NCBI RefSeq assembly: GCF_006345805.1
Contig: NC_042999.1
Location: 130,944,001 to 131,008,000, forward strand
From: Octopus sinensis
Taxonomy: Eukaryota
DNA length: 64,000 bases
Reading direction: 5' to 3'
The position numbers and the translations under genes were made by a program. The notes beneath the pieces are model-generated. The model did not search any database, was not told the DNA's origin, and worked only from the letters and a program-made list of their open reading frames with translations. Shown piece after piece: positions 51,161 to 64,000 of the stretch; the first letter of the stretch is position 1; every line of letters begins with the position of its first letter.

Positions 51161-53324
51161 GTATGTTTAAAATTAATTCTATATTATAGTTTTTCAAATA
51201 AACTTGCTTCTTATTTCAATAAAATCTCAGTTGGCAAACTGATTTCCTTGTTCCATTAGTTCTTTGATGCTTCACTAACTAGATAATTCATTATATTTTT
51301 TCTGATTAATATCTCTAAACTACTTTTAATTACATAATATTCAGACAGTTCTGAAGGTTCTGAGAAAAATGCGTGTTAAATCAGTGGAAAAGTTCTGTTT
51401 GTACAAGCTTTAAATTCATCAAATGTGGCATAACCTCATTTTTTTGTCCTTCCTTCTAGATTATATTTAAACTTTAATTCTTTAATCGTCTTCAACTACC
51501 TTGAGCTATGATTAACCTTTTTGATACAAACACTTGAGACTGCACCTAGTTCTGTATTAAAAACTTGCTTTTTTAAAGTGATCTAAATTAAAATCTCCCA
51601 TAAAAATATCATGTTGATTTATGTTCCAAACACCAGCTTAATAATGACAGTTATTTTACTAAATATTCCATTGTTTTCCAAATTCATTGAAACATACACA
51701 GTGTATTTCAACAGAAATATTGTAATGAAAGGGTTAATATATCTTTACTGTAATATACAGTTTCAAACAATTACCTCTTGCTCTATGGTCATGTGCTATA
51801 TTTATTGCTTTTTTCATTATTTATTTACAATGCAAATCTTATCATATAGTGTTATATTATGCCATTCATGAAACCTTTGCATCTCTTTTGGTCTGATCTT
51901 ATGACTGTTGAAGATCTTAGAGTGTCATCCCATTTTAAATTCTCCAAGTCCTTATATAAAGTTATGAGTTGTTGTAAGTCTAACTCTTATTTCATTCATC
52001 TTTTGGTTAGGTACTAACCTGATGGAGTATCAATATAGTGTTTGGTACTCTATTAACATGGTTTTGATATTTCAGTGTACACAAATCAAACATTGTTATA
52101 CTTTCTCAGACAGAATTTTGCAGTTGAAAAAGCCATGGTGCATTTAGATTTTGCCTGTATTACTTACATGAGAAGGGATGCAAGATAAAAATGTTGAAAC
52201 TTCTATGTTACGCTAAGTATTAGTTTACTTATAACTTAAGAATATAAGAATGTATGAAAATGATAATATTTGAAGGTAATAGGAGAATGTACTAATCCAG
52301 AATTTAATAGTCTGATCATTGTCAGTGCCAGTTTTGTTACATCCACTTTTTTGACACTGGTATTAGCTGAATAAAACTTCTTGAAATACTATTGTTTGGT
52401 TGGATGCCCTTCCTAATACCATCCTTTCCTTTTCAAGTAAAATACTGTTTTATATTGGAATACCCATATCAAACTGCTCAGCTGCTGGACATAAACAAAC
52501 ACCACCTCTGTCCAGCAGTGTTGGTTTTAAGATTTGCTGAGACACACAAGCATGCGCATACATGTGCATACATGTACTGCACCATCATCACCATGTGTGT
52601 GTGTGTGTGTGTGTGTGTGACAAGCTTCTCTACAGTTTCCATCTACCAAAGTGTGCTCACAAAGTTTCAGTTAACTCAAAGCTATAGTAAAAGACACTTG
52701 CTCAAAGTGCCACACAGCAAACTTTGTAACACATAGCATGCCTGTGCCTGTAACATACATATCTCCTCTCAGTTATACTGATCATCATCATCATCATCAT
52801 CGTGATATGTAATGATATTATTTCTTATGTTTTTATGTGAGTCAAATTAAAAGGGATGAAGTATTATTTGGCTTTCAACAAAACAGATTTATGGGATAAG
52901 TACCATAAAGCAGCTTTCCAAAAGGGAAGAGCTATATATTACCGACAACTAAGCTTGAACTCAGAATCCTGGTGTAGATCAGTGGTTCTTAAATTAACAA
53001 ATACCAGAACGTCCCAAAATATTTGTGAAATTTTTAGATCCTCTCCTTCCCCACCACCCTCAGTCTTTATTTACAAGATAAAATAGTGTTTGAATTCATA
53101 TAATATTTTTTTTATCATGGAGTGGATGAGCTGAAAAGTTTAAACCACCTTAATTTTATTAAATATGGCAATTTGTCTTACCTTTTTTAATCCCTGCAGC
53201 ACCACCACTACCACAAGAAACACTGATATGGATGGTTAATTCATAAAAAATTGTTTGATGCTTTTTCTTTTGATCTTCTAAGAAATATTTGGCAGAAATA
53301 AGTTTTAGTAAAATTTTCTTTCAG

Positions 53325-53390
53325 ATTTTAACCACACTTGTTAACAACTTATCTATACCGGTGACATGCAAAATTCGAGTCCTTCCTTCT
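53325..53390 (+). CDS. DUS2: DUS2 coding exon 7; later exons not found in the window
   Basis: TTTCAG|ILTTLVNNLSIPVTCKIRVLPS|GTAAGT. Confidence 0.95.
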
Positions 53391-53492
53391 GTAAGTTTAT
53401 GGCTTTTATTTCAGTTATTTACAACTTTTTATTATTATTATTGTTATTATTATTATTATTATTATTATTGTTGTTGTTGTTGTTGTTGTTAC

Positions 53493-53968
53493 TAAGGCAG
53501 CAAGCTGGCAGAATTGTTAGCATGCTGAACAAAATGCTTAGTGGTATTTTGCTTGTCGCTACATTTTGAATTTATATTTCACCGAGGTCAGCTTTGCCTT
53601 TCGTCCTTTCAGGATCAATAGATTAAGTACCAGTGAAACTCTGGGGTCCATGTAATCGACTCATCCTCTCCCCCAAAATTGCTGTCCTTGTGGCAAAATT
53701 TGAAACCATCATTATTATTATTATCATCATTATTATTATTACCATTATTATTATTAAGGTGGTGAGCTAGCAGAATCATTAGCACATTGGGTGAAATACT
53801 TAGCAGTATTTCGTCGGCTGCTATGTTCTGAGTTCAAGTTCCACCGAGGTCAGCTTTGCCATTCATCTTCTCAGGGTCAATAAATTAAGTACCAGTTAAA
53901 TATTGAGGTCGATGTTATCAACTATTACCCTCCCCAAAATTTCAGGTCTTGTGCCTATACTAGAAAAG

Positions 53969-53970
<2 letters not shown>
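53493..53970 (+). mobile_element. Two tandem tRNA-derived SINEs separated by (ATT/ATC)n
   Basis: Same family as 6937-7150, CpG-decayed. Confidence 0.8.
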
Positions 53971-54006
<36 letters not shown>

Positions 54007-54240
54007 CATCATCATCATCATAATCATAAAATATAAATGAAATTAATATGGTGGAGAATGAAATTTTAGACCTGAATCCATTGTCAGTCAAATTCATAAA
54101 AAAAAAAAATTACTCATTAGTTTTACATATATTCATAAAAACGCCTTTTTATGTAGTTTGAAAGATGTTTTTCAATTACTGTTTTCTGTATTTTTTTTTA
54201 TTTATTAGAGTAATAAGATTTTGAGACTTGAAACATAATA

Positions 54241-54462
54241 ATTAAGTACCAGTGAAACTCTGGGGTCCATGTAATCGACTCATCCTCTCCCCCAAAATTG
54301 CTGTCCTTGTGGCAAAATTTGAAACCATCATTATTATTATTATCATCATTATTATTATTACCATTATTATTATTAAGGTGGTGAGCTAGCAGAATCATTA
54401 GCACATTGGGTGAAATACTTAGCAGTATTTCGTCGGCTGCTATGTTCTGAGTTCAAGTTCCA
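54241..54462 (+). repeat. Exact 222 bp direct copy of 53622-53843
   Basis: Read identical base by base, including the irregular ATT/ATC tract. Confidence 0.92.
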
Positions 54463-56386
54463 GGAGGGAACGTCGGACTGCTGAACGGGAATACAGGTTG
54501 CATAAATCAGACACCAACAGGAAGAAGTGGAATAAATCCTCCAACCATCTCAAGCAAGTGACAAAAAAAGCAGTGCTTGAATTTGAACAGTGCATAGCAG
54601 CCAATCCTGACAGCAAGGTTTTCTGGAAATATGTGCACTCAAAGCAGAGACCTCACTCTCCAGTGGGCCCTCTTCGCAACCCTCACACAAACCAGATCAC
54701 TGACGACCCCAAGGAATGCGCAGAACTCATTGCCGAGTGCTATGCAAACATATTCACTGTTGAAAGTCAAAATGTACCATCTTCACCATCACTAACAGCA
54801 AACTCCATAACAACTATGGAATTTACACCTGCAATGCTGCGACGTCACCTTCAAAATAAGCGCAACTATGCCTCCCCTGGTCTTGATGGAGTTACATACC
54901 TGCTTCTCAAACGTGGCAGGCACTTCCTTTTACACCAGCTTTCTATTTTCTTCCAGTACTGTCTCAACAATGGTGCTACTCCGGAGCAGTGGAAAACTGC
55001 CAGTGTCATTCCTCTGTTCAAAAAGGGCGACCGCACATCACCTGTCAACTATCGCCCAGTCAGTCTCACTAGCTGTATTGCAAAACTGATGGAATCGTGT
55101 GTCAGAGAAACACTCTGGAACTTCTGGAGCTCTCACAGTCTCATCCGACCCTCACAATATGGATTTGTCCCTAACTCCAGCTGCAGTGACCAGCTTGTCG
55201 AGTTCCTTGAGGACATTACTCAGATTACTGACAGTGGCTCATGGGTGGATGTTGTCTACCTTGACTTTGCTAAGGCTTTCAACTCTGTGCCACACAAAAG
55301 CTTATGGTGAAACTCTCTGCAATGGGTGTGGGGGATGACCTTTTTAACTGGTTGAAATCCTTCATCCTCAGCTGAAAGGAGGTAGTCACAGTTCTAGGAC
55401 AGCACTCTACACCATATGAGATGTCATCGGGTGTACCACAGGGATCTGTCCTTGGTTCCCCTCTTGTTTGTGGCATACATTAACGACATAGATGCCAATT
55501 TAAAGAATGCCACAGTATTGAAATATGCAGACGACATCAAGCTGTACCTTGAAATCAAGAGGACAGATCCTGATGTCTACAACTCTTTCCTGCAATCAGA
55601 CCTAGACACAATGCAGCAATGGATCACAGACTGGCAACTGAAACTGGCTGTGGACAAGTGTACCACCATGCATTTTGGGAGAAAAAACCCTGCGTTCACA
55701 TACTCCCTCCACAACACTGATATCAAGAAATCCTCTTGCGAGCGTGACCTAGGCATCACTGTCAGCAGTGATTTGCGTTGGTCAAAGCATATCTCTAAGA
55801 TTGTCAGGAAGGCCGAGAGGGTGTCTTGGCATCACTCAGCAGGTCTTTTGTTAGCCGCTCTCCAGCCATCTATTTAAAACTGTATACAGCTATGGTACGA
55901 CCACACTTGGAATTCGCATCATCAGTTTGGAACCCCTATCTTGCACAGAACATTGACCTCCTGGAATCTGTCCAGAGACGTGCAACCAACGCATACCCTC
56001 CATCAGACACCTACCATGTTCTGAGCGCCTTGTTTCCCTGGGCATGGATTCACTGAAGCTCCGGCGTTTGGCGACGGACTTGGTAAACACCCACAAAGTT
56101 ATCAACCACCTCACCAACAACAACACTGAACACCTTTTTGATCTCCATGTGTCTAACACACGTGGACATGCCTACAAAGTCAGAAAACAATACAGCTCCC
56201 ATGACTTTCGGAAACATTTTTTCACGCTCAGAGTTGCTGAAGCATGGAATAAACTGCCTGCGTCAGTTGTTGACTGCCATGACACTGCATCTTTTAAGGC
56301 CCTCATGCTTTCCGAAATCCGCCGAAACTACACCTGATTATATATACACTTTAGATGAGTTGTAGTGCACCTGAGCACTGTACACA

Positions 56387-56417
<31 letters not shown>
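54463..56417 (+). mobile_element. 5'-truncated CR1/L2-group LINE, frameshifted RT, (ATT)n tail
   Basis: YRPVSLTS, YLDFAKAFNSV, YADDIKL and RPHLEFASSVW spread over several frames; tail at 56389-56417. Confidence 0.9.
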
Positions 56418-56869
56418 GTGTCAATGGAAATATTTAGGTCACTGCCTAAATTAGTTTCTGTTGTTTATATGTGAAAATGAACTTGCTGTTGGAAGTATAA
56501 GTCATCAAATTTCTTTGTCATTTTATAGCAAAAAAGCTTTCACATTACGTCCTTATTTTTAGCTTAATCTACTCTGTTACCTGCTGAAGCAGGCAAGAGA
56601 TATCAAGTGCCCTGTCTTGTCTACAGTGTATTATCGCTGACAGGATTTAAATTAACACAGACCAGATCTCAACATCTTACTCCTTTGGATAGTCAAACTA
56701 TGCTCACTATTTAAATAGTCATCATCAGTCAAAAGAAACTGTCTTTATCCAAATCATCATCAATGTTGTGACTTAGAAAACTGTTACTGGTTTAAATAAA
56801 TCAAGGCAGAGAGAAAATACTGAGAAGCGGTGGAAGAAAAACAACAGTGAAATGAAACCTATATATATG

Positions 56870-57597
<728 letters not shown>

Positions 57598-57788
57598 TAG
57601 ATATGTTTCGACCAAAGATTGGTCCAGGCCATCTCTAATTTATTAGCACCACCTGATAGGATTATTCGAATCCTGTTTAAGTCAAGTTTTGTTTATGGTC
57701 CATTCAAGTAGTGAGTTCTTGTTGGGTGAGTTGTATCCAATTATGAGTGGCTTATCTGGTATTCTTTGAAGGAATCTATCCAGACTCC
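57598..57788 (-). mobile_element. Short 3' end of a CR1-group LINE
   Basis: Minus strand reads LDRFLQRIPDKPLIIGYNSPNKNSLLEW, like the C-terminus of ORF 24051-26981. Confidence 0.5.
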
Positions 57789-58477
57789 ATTTAACCCCTT
57801 ACCCAACAATTATTTTGAAAATAAATGTATTTTTTCAGACATATTTTTTAATTGTTTTATTTTACTATGTTTTGAATGGTGATTTCGAGGTATATTTCAA
57901 ACCTTATTTATTATGAATTTTAATTTTATAATATTGATTTTAAATTACTGGCTTGGGCAGAAACGAGTTAACCCGTTTTTTTCATAAATCATATTACTTT
58001 TACAAAAAATCATGTTATTTTATTTGGTTATCTTATTTTCCAAATTTAGAATGAATGATCAAAACATGATTGTTTACTTCTGTTGATTTTATTACTTCAA
58101 AACTGTTAATAAAACTCTTCTGACGAACTTTCACTCTCATCAGATGTATCCAACCCTCCAAGAGAAGCTTCATAATTGCTATCATCATCAGAGCTCGACA
58201 TGGTGGGGTTATAATATAAAGGTATAAAAAAAACGTAAAAACAAAGTGAATACTTCTATTCATAAAATGTGCCTTCCAACCCTTCGACTGTCTCCAGGTG
58301 ACTAAATCATACTCGGTCTTCAATGCCTTACTCAAACGAAAGGTGGCAGAAATTGTCACTGCCAGGCGTATAAAGTGAGCGATTATACTCGTATATGTCA
58401 AAAAAGAGTTTATAATAGACGAAGGAACTCGTTTACTGTCGATTTTGGCGAGTCTATCTTTTGACGAGTTAACTCGC
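57789..58477. mobile_element. piggyBac-like remnants
   Basis: TTAA-bounded ends near 57789, 57966 and 58474; acidic DTSDESESSSEE relic on minus. TIR matches are poor. Confidence 0.35.
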
Positions 58478-58542
58478 CAGAGATAGAAAAAACGTATGTA
58501 TATGTATAATATTATAATTATATATATATATATGTATATCAT

Positions 58543-60573
58543 TCGTAAGACACTTGTTGTTTTTTCACCGTTGCTTCTGTATTTCATGTTTCTGTATTCC
58601 ATTATTGTTTTTTGTTTTTTTTTATATCTGTCCCTTTTGCTGTCCTGGTGTCGTATGCATTCGATCCTTCTTCCAGGAAATCTACGCTTCCAGCTTAGTT
58701 TTTCTAATGCTCGTTGCTTAGTTTTTCTTGGAGGGCTGGCCGTGATCTAGTAATCTCAAGATTAATCAGCCGAATTACTACGATGATCCGGTTCTTGACT
58801 GAAGACTGAGGGGTTCGAATGTCCTGTCATGTTTATTGTATCGTCTTCTAAGAGTATACGTTCTTGTCCATGTTGTATTTTTCTACATACCTTAACATAT
58901 ATTCCAGGCGCCCGTACCCCCCTTATCATTAATGTGAACACATATTCTTAATAATTGGTACGACCTCTGTTTTGTCTCCTCTCTCTCTCATTTTTACTTG
59001 ATCTGTCCCCCTCTCTCCTCTTTTCTCTCTATTCATCTTCTCTTTCCTCTGATCCTTTGGTCTAGTCTTCACTACTACCCTCCTATTCTTTGTCTCGCTC
59101 TGCACTCACAGGTCATTCTTCGACACCCATCCCTTCTCCTCTCTGATTCCTTCTTTCTCTCTCTTCTCTCTCCTTGTTGCGTTTTGTCCCCTTCTCTCTC
59201 TCTCTTCCTTTGCTTCTCTTTCTTTTCTTTTCCCTCTTCTCTGTCACGTGACTGTTGGCCGAAATCTGCCTTTCAGCTCCTGACCCTCGTCGTGTTAACA
59301 TCGTTGTTTTTTCGTCCGCCGCTATAAGGCTTTTTCCAATGCGCCAGAGAAAAAATTTGTTTGCTTGTTATCAGTCGTAAGACACTTGTTGATTTCACCG
59401 TTAATGCTTCTGTATTTCATGTTTCTGTATTCCATTATTGTTTTTTGTTTTTTTTTTTCATATCTGTCCCTTTTGCTGTCCTGGTGTTCGTATGCATTCG
59501 ATCCTTCTTCCAGGAAATCTACGCTTCCAGCTTAGTTTTTCTAATGCTCGTTGCTTAGTTTTTCTTGGAGGGCTGGCCGTGATCTAGTAATCTCAAGATT
59601 AATCAGCCGAAATTACTACGATGATCCGGTTCTTGACTGAAGACTGAGGGGTTCGAATGTCCTGTCCATGTTTATTGTATCGTCTTCTAAGAGTTATACG
59701 TTCTTGTCCATGTTGTATTTTTCTACATACCTCACATATATTCCAGGCGCCCCGTACCCCCCTTATCATTAATGTGAACACATATTCTTAATAATTGGTA
59801 CGACTCTCTGTTTGTCTCTCTCTCTCTCTCATTTTTACTTGATCTGTCCCCCTCTCTCTCTCTTTTCTCTCTATTCATCTTCTCTTTCCTCTGATCCTTT
59901 GGTCTAGTCTTCCACTACCCTCCTATTTCTTTGTCTCGCTCTGCACTCACAGGTCATTCTTCGACACCCATCCCTTCTCCTCTCTGATTCCTTCTTTCTC
60001 TCTCTTCTCTCTCTTTGTTGCGTTTTGTCCCCCTTCTCTCTCTCTCTTCCTTTGCTTCTCTTTCTTTTCTTTTCCCTCTTCTCTGTCACGTGACTGTTGG
60101 CCGAAATCTGCCTTTCAGCTCCTGACCCTCGTCGTGTTAACATCGTTGTTTTTTCGTCCGCCGCTATAAAGGGCTTTTTCCAATGCGCCAGAGAAAATTT
60201 GTTTGCTTGTTATCAGTCGTAAGACACTTGTTGTTTTCACCGTTAATGCTTCTGTATTTCATGTTTCTGTATTCCATTATTGTTTTTTGTTTTTTTTTTA
60301 TATCTGTCCCTTTTGCTGTCCTGGTGTTCGTATGCATTCGATCCTTCTTCCAGGAAATCTACGCTTCCAGCTTAGTTTTTCTAATGCTCGTTGCTTAGTT
60401 TTTCTTGGAGGGCTGGCCGTGATCTAGTAATCTCAAGATTAATCAGCCGAATTACTACTACGATGATCCGGTTCTTGACTGAAGACTGAGGGGTTCGAAT
60501 GTCCTGTCCATGTTTATTGTATCGTCTTCTAAGAGTTATACGTTCTTGTCCATGTTGTATTTTTCTACATACC

Positions 60574-60575
<2 letters not shown>
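58543..60575. repeat. Head-to-tail ~840 bp tandem repeat, about 2.4 units, embedded in TA-rich microsatellite
   Basis: Units start at TCGTAAGACAC 58543, 59375 and 60217 and differ mostly by homopolymer indels. Confidence 0.93.
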
Positions 60576-60576
<1 letters not shown>

Positions 60577-60618
<42 letters not shown>

Positions 60619-60643
60619 TATATATGTATTATATATATGTATG

Positions 60644-60692
<49 letters not shown>

Positions 60693-60700
60693 GTATGTTG

Positions 60701-60731
<31 letters not shown>

Positions 60732-60820
60732 TATATATATATGTATGTAATATATTGTATATGTATGTATATGTGTATATATATATGTATATGTATATGT
60801 GTATATATATATATATATGT

Positions 60821-60852
<32 letters not shown>

Positions 60853-61426
60853 GTTATATATGTATATATATATGTATATATATTATATATATATGTATGT
60901 ATGTATATATATGTATATATATATGTATGTATATGTTATATATGTATATATATATGTATGTATATGTATATATAGTATATATATATATGTATATATATAT
61001 GTATGTATATATATATGATATATATGTATGTATTATATGTATGTATTATATATGTATGTATATATATAGTATGTATATATATATGTATGTATATAATGTA
61101 TGTATATATATGTTGTATATAATAGTATGTATATATATATATGTATGTATATATATGTATATAATTATATATTATATTATATGTATGTATATATATATAT
61201 ATATATATGTATGTATATATTATGTATATATATATATGTATATATAATGTATATATATATATATGTATATATATATATAGTATATATATATATGTGTATA
61301 TATATATGATATATATATATATGTATGTATATATATGTATATATATATGTATGTATATATATATGTATATATATATATTATGTATATATATAGTATGTAT
61401 ATATATGTATGTATATATATATATGT

Positions 61427-61466
<40 letters not shown>

Positions 61467-61571
61467 GTAGTATATATATATATGTATATATATATGTATG
61501 TATATATGTATGTATATATATATATGTATATATATATAGTATGTATATGTATGTATATATATATATGTATG

Positions 61572-61604
<33 letters not shown>

Positions 61605-61688
61605 GTATGTATATATATATATGTATGTATATATGTATGTATATATATAATGTATGTATATATATATGTATGTATATATATATATATG

Positions 61689-61737
<49 letters not shown>

Positions 61738-61738
61738 A

Positions 61739-61828
<90 letters not shown>
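60577..61828. repeat. 1.25 kb compound (TA)n/(TATG)n array
   Basis: Direct reading. Confidence 0.95.
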
Positions 61829-61830
<2 letters not shown>

Positions 61831-61832
61831 CC

Positions 61833-62208
61833 CATCATCATTTAGCGTCCGCTTTCCATGCTAGAATGGGTTGGACGGTTTAACTGGGGTCTGTGAAGCC
61901 GGAAGGCTTCATCAGGCCCAGTCAGATTTGGCAGTGTTTCTACGCGGCTGCCCTTCCTAACGCCAACCACGCCGCGAGTGTAGTGGGTGGTTTTTTATGT
62001 GCCACCTGCACAGGTGCCAGACAGAGCTGGCAAACGGCCACGAACGGATGGTGTTTTTACGTGTCACCGGCACGGGGCCAGGCAATGCTGGCAACGGACA
62101 CGAACGGATGGTGCTTTTACATGCCACCGACACGGGGCCAGACAGAGCTGGCAAACGGCCACGAACGGACGGTGCTTTTACGTGTCACCTGCACGGGGGC
62201 CAGCCGAA
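61833..62208 (-). mobile_element. RTE LINE 3' tail with about 4 minisatellite units
   Basis: Nearly identical to 12428-12830. Confidence 0.88.
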
Positions 62209-63537
62209 ATGAATATATCACTATCATTGATTTTCTGACTTCTACAGTCTGATTGTGTTTATAATACATCAACCTTCCTCATATCTTGGACCCCTGATGC
62301 TTGTAACATCAATTGATATCTGGATCTGTTGAAATATTTACTAATGGGTATGACAACATTACATCACTTAAAGTATTAGCAGTTCTTTGTTGGAATTGAA
62401 TACTGAAGAGCAGTTCCTTTACAATGTAGATGATATTTCACATGATTTATCCAACAGAAATTTAACTGTAGTCTGCAGCAAACCAAGACCTGGATTTTAC
62501 TTAAAGAGCAACATAAAATGCCTGTTGTTTATTATTGTTAGATAATAAATGGATTAAAGCTGAACACTTAACCATTACACGACAGTGTCTCTAACTTTTG
62601 GCCAGATACTTCAGAGTAATAATAATATATGAAATACAAAATGGTGACTGAAGAATGAGGATAGGCTGAAATATGTAATATAGTAAAAAAAAAATGTAGA
62701 AAATGACAAAAAAATAAAAACAACAATAGACACACACAGTTACATTACATATGTGTTTGTATATTTAAAAACGATGAGCATTTATAACCAGTACTTGGAT
62801 AAATTTTTGGCGATTGGAGTTAAAAATTAAAATTTACAAACTCCTTTGATTATGTGAATTGGTTAAATATGTAAATATCTAAGAAAAACAATTTTTTTTC
62901 TTGGAAAGTTTTCACTTGAAAGTGTAATAAAAATTACGTACTTGTATGCTTATATCTATATATTTTAAAAACTTGTATGGATAGACAGAAGCATACATAT
63001 AAACGCATGTGTAAACATATGGACGGCATCAAAAAAAAATCTCAGAATTGTATATACGAATCAAAGTGGACGGAATTTTTATCTTCGTAATAATTTAAAA
63101 TGTTTGTATGTTTACAAAATAATGATAACTTGATGATAAAAAACACATTAAGAATGATAAATATTGTTTATGTATAAGTATATGAATATTTTATTTTATT
63201 TTAGCATTTTTAGTCTTTTCAGGGTTAAAAATGTTTCCACTCAGTTGTCAATTTATACTACAATATTATATATATTTATTTATTTATTTATTTATTATTC
63301 TATTTTTATAATTTTTGTTCTATGCTTGCATAAGATGACTCTTATCAGAATGTGTAGCTTATAAAATGACACACTGAATGTGCTTTTTGATTTACTGAGA
63401 CATTGTGGGTCTGACAAAATAATCTGTATCCTGGTCCCCTGGCTCTTTAATCAAAACAAAGAAATTTACATTAGAAATTACAGAAAATTTTTAAAAAGTA
63501 TGATGCTGGGGAAAGAAAAAAAAAATGGTCCAAGCAA

Positions 63538-63595
<58 letters not shown>

Positions 63596-64000
63596 TATAT
63601 ATATATATGTATGTTATATGTATGTATATATATTATGTATGTATATATATATATGTATATATATATATATAATATATGTATATATGTATGTATAATATAT
63701 ATGTATGTATATGTATATATGTATGTATATATATATATGTATATGTATGTATATATATATGTATATATATATATACATATGTATGTTTATATATATATAT
63801 ATGTATATATGTATGTATATATTGTATGTATATATATATGTATGTATATATGTATGTATATATAATATGTATGTATATATATTATGTATGTATATTATAT
63901 ATGTAGTATATATATATATGTATGTATATATGTATATATATATATATGTATGTATATATGTATGTATATATATATATGTATGTATTATATATATGTATGT
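63538..64000. repeat. Compound (TA)n/(TATG)n array running off the window
   Basis: Direct reading. Confidence 0.95.

Noticed and set aside
58110-58150. CTGATGA...GAAA on minus
   Set aside because: No stem II, III or I pairing; reads better as an acidic coding relic (DTSDESESSSEE).
58033-58602. 189 aa minus-strand ORF
   Set aside because: Runs through a TA microsatellite and transposon remnant; no recognisable protein.

Overview
AT-rich, repeat-dense animal genomic DNA. The SINE/RTE repeat families and compound (TA)n/(TATG)n arrays resemble what I recall from octopus (coleoid cephalopod) genomes; this is recognition, not a search result. Two host genes are supported. One is an intronless, somewhat diverged casein kinase I alpha (4821-5792, minus) with its own YY1/NRF1/ETS promoter motifs. 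The other is the first seven coding exons (160 codons) of tRNA-dihydrouridine synthase DUS2 (37044-53390, plus), which continues beyond the exons I could find. Most of the rest is transposon-derived: one CR1-type LINE with an uninterrupted APE+RT frame, a frameshifted CR1/L2-type LINE, several RTE 3' fragments with a ~61 bp minisatellite, decayed Gypsy, R4/Dong, hAT and Penelope-like remnants, a Helitron-like element, MITEs, many SINEs and a tRNA-iMet pseudogene. The most unusual signals are: (i) inverted-arm Penelope-like elements carrying hammerhead ribozyme folds; (ii) an ~840 bp tandem unit holding hammerhead strands in a scrambled order, which can alternatively be read as a tRNA-Phe relic; (iii) an exact 222 bp copy of nearby genomic sequence at a LINE 5' junction; (iv) the intronless CK1 alpha.
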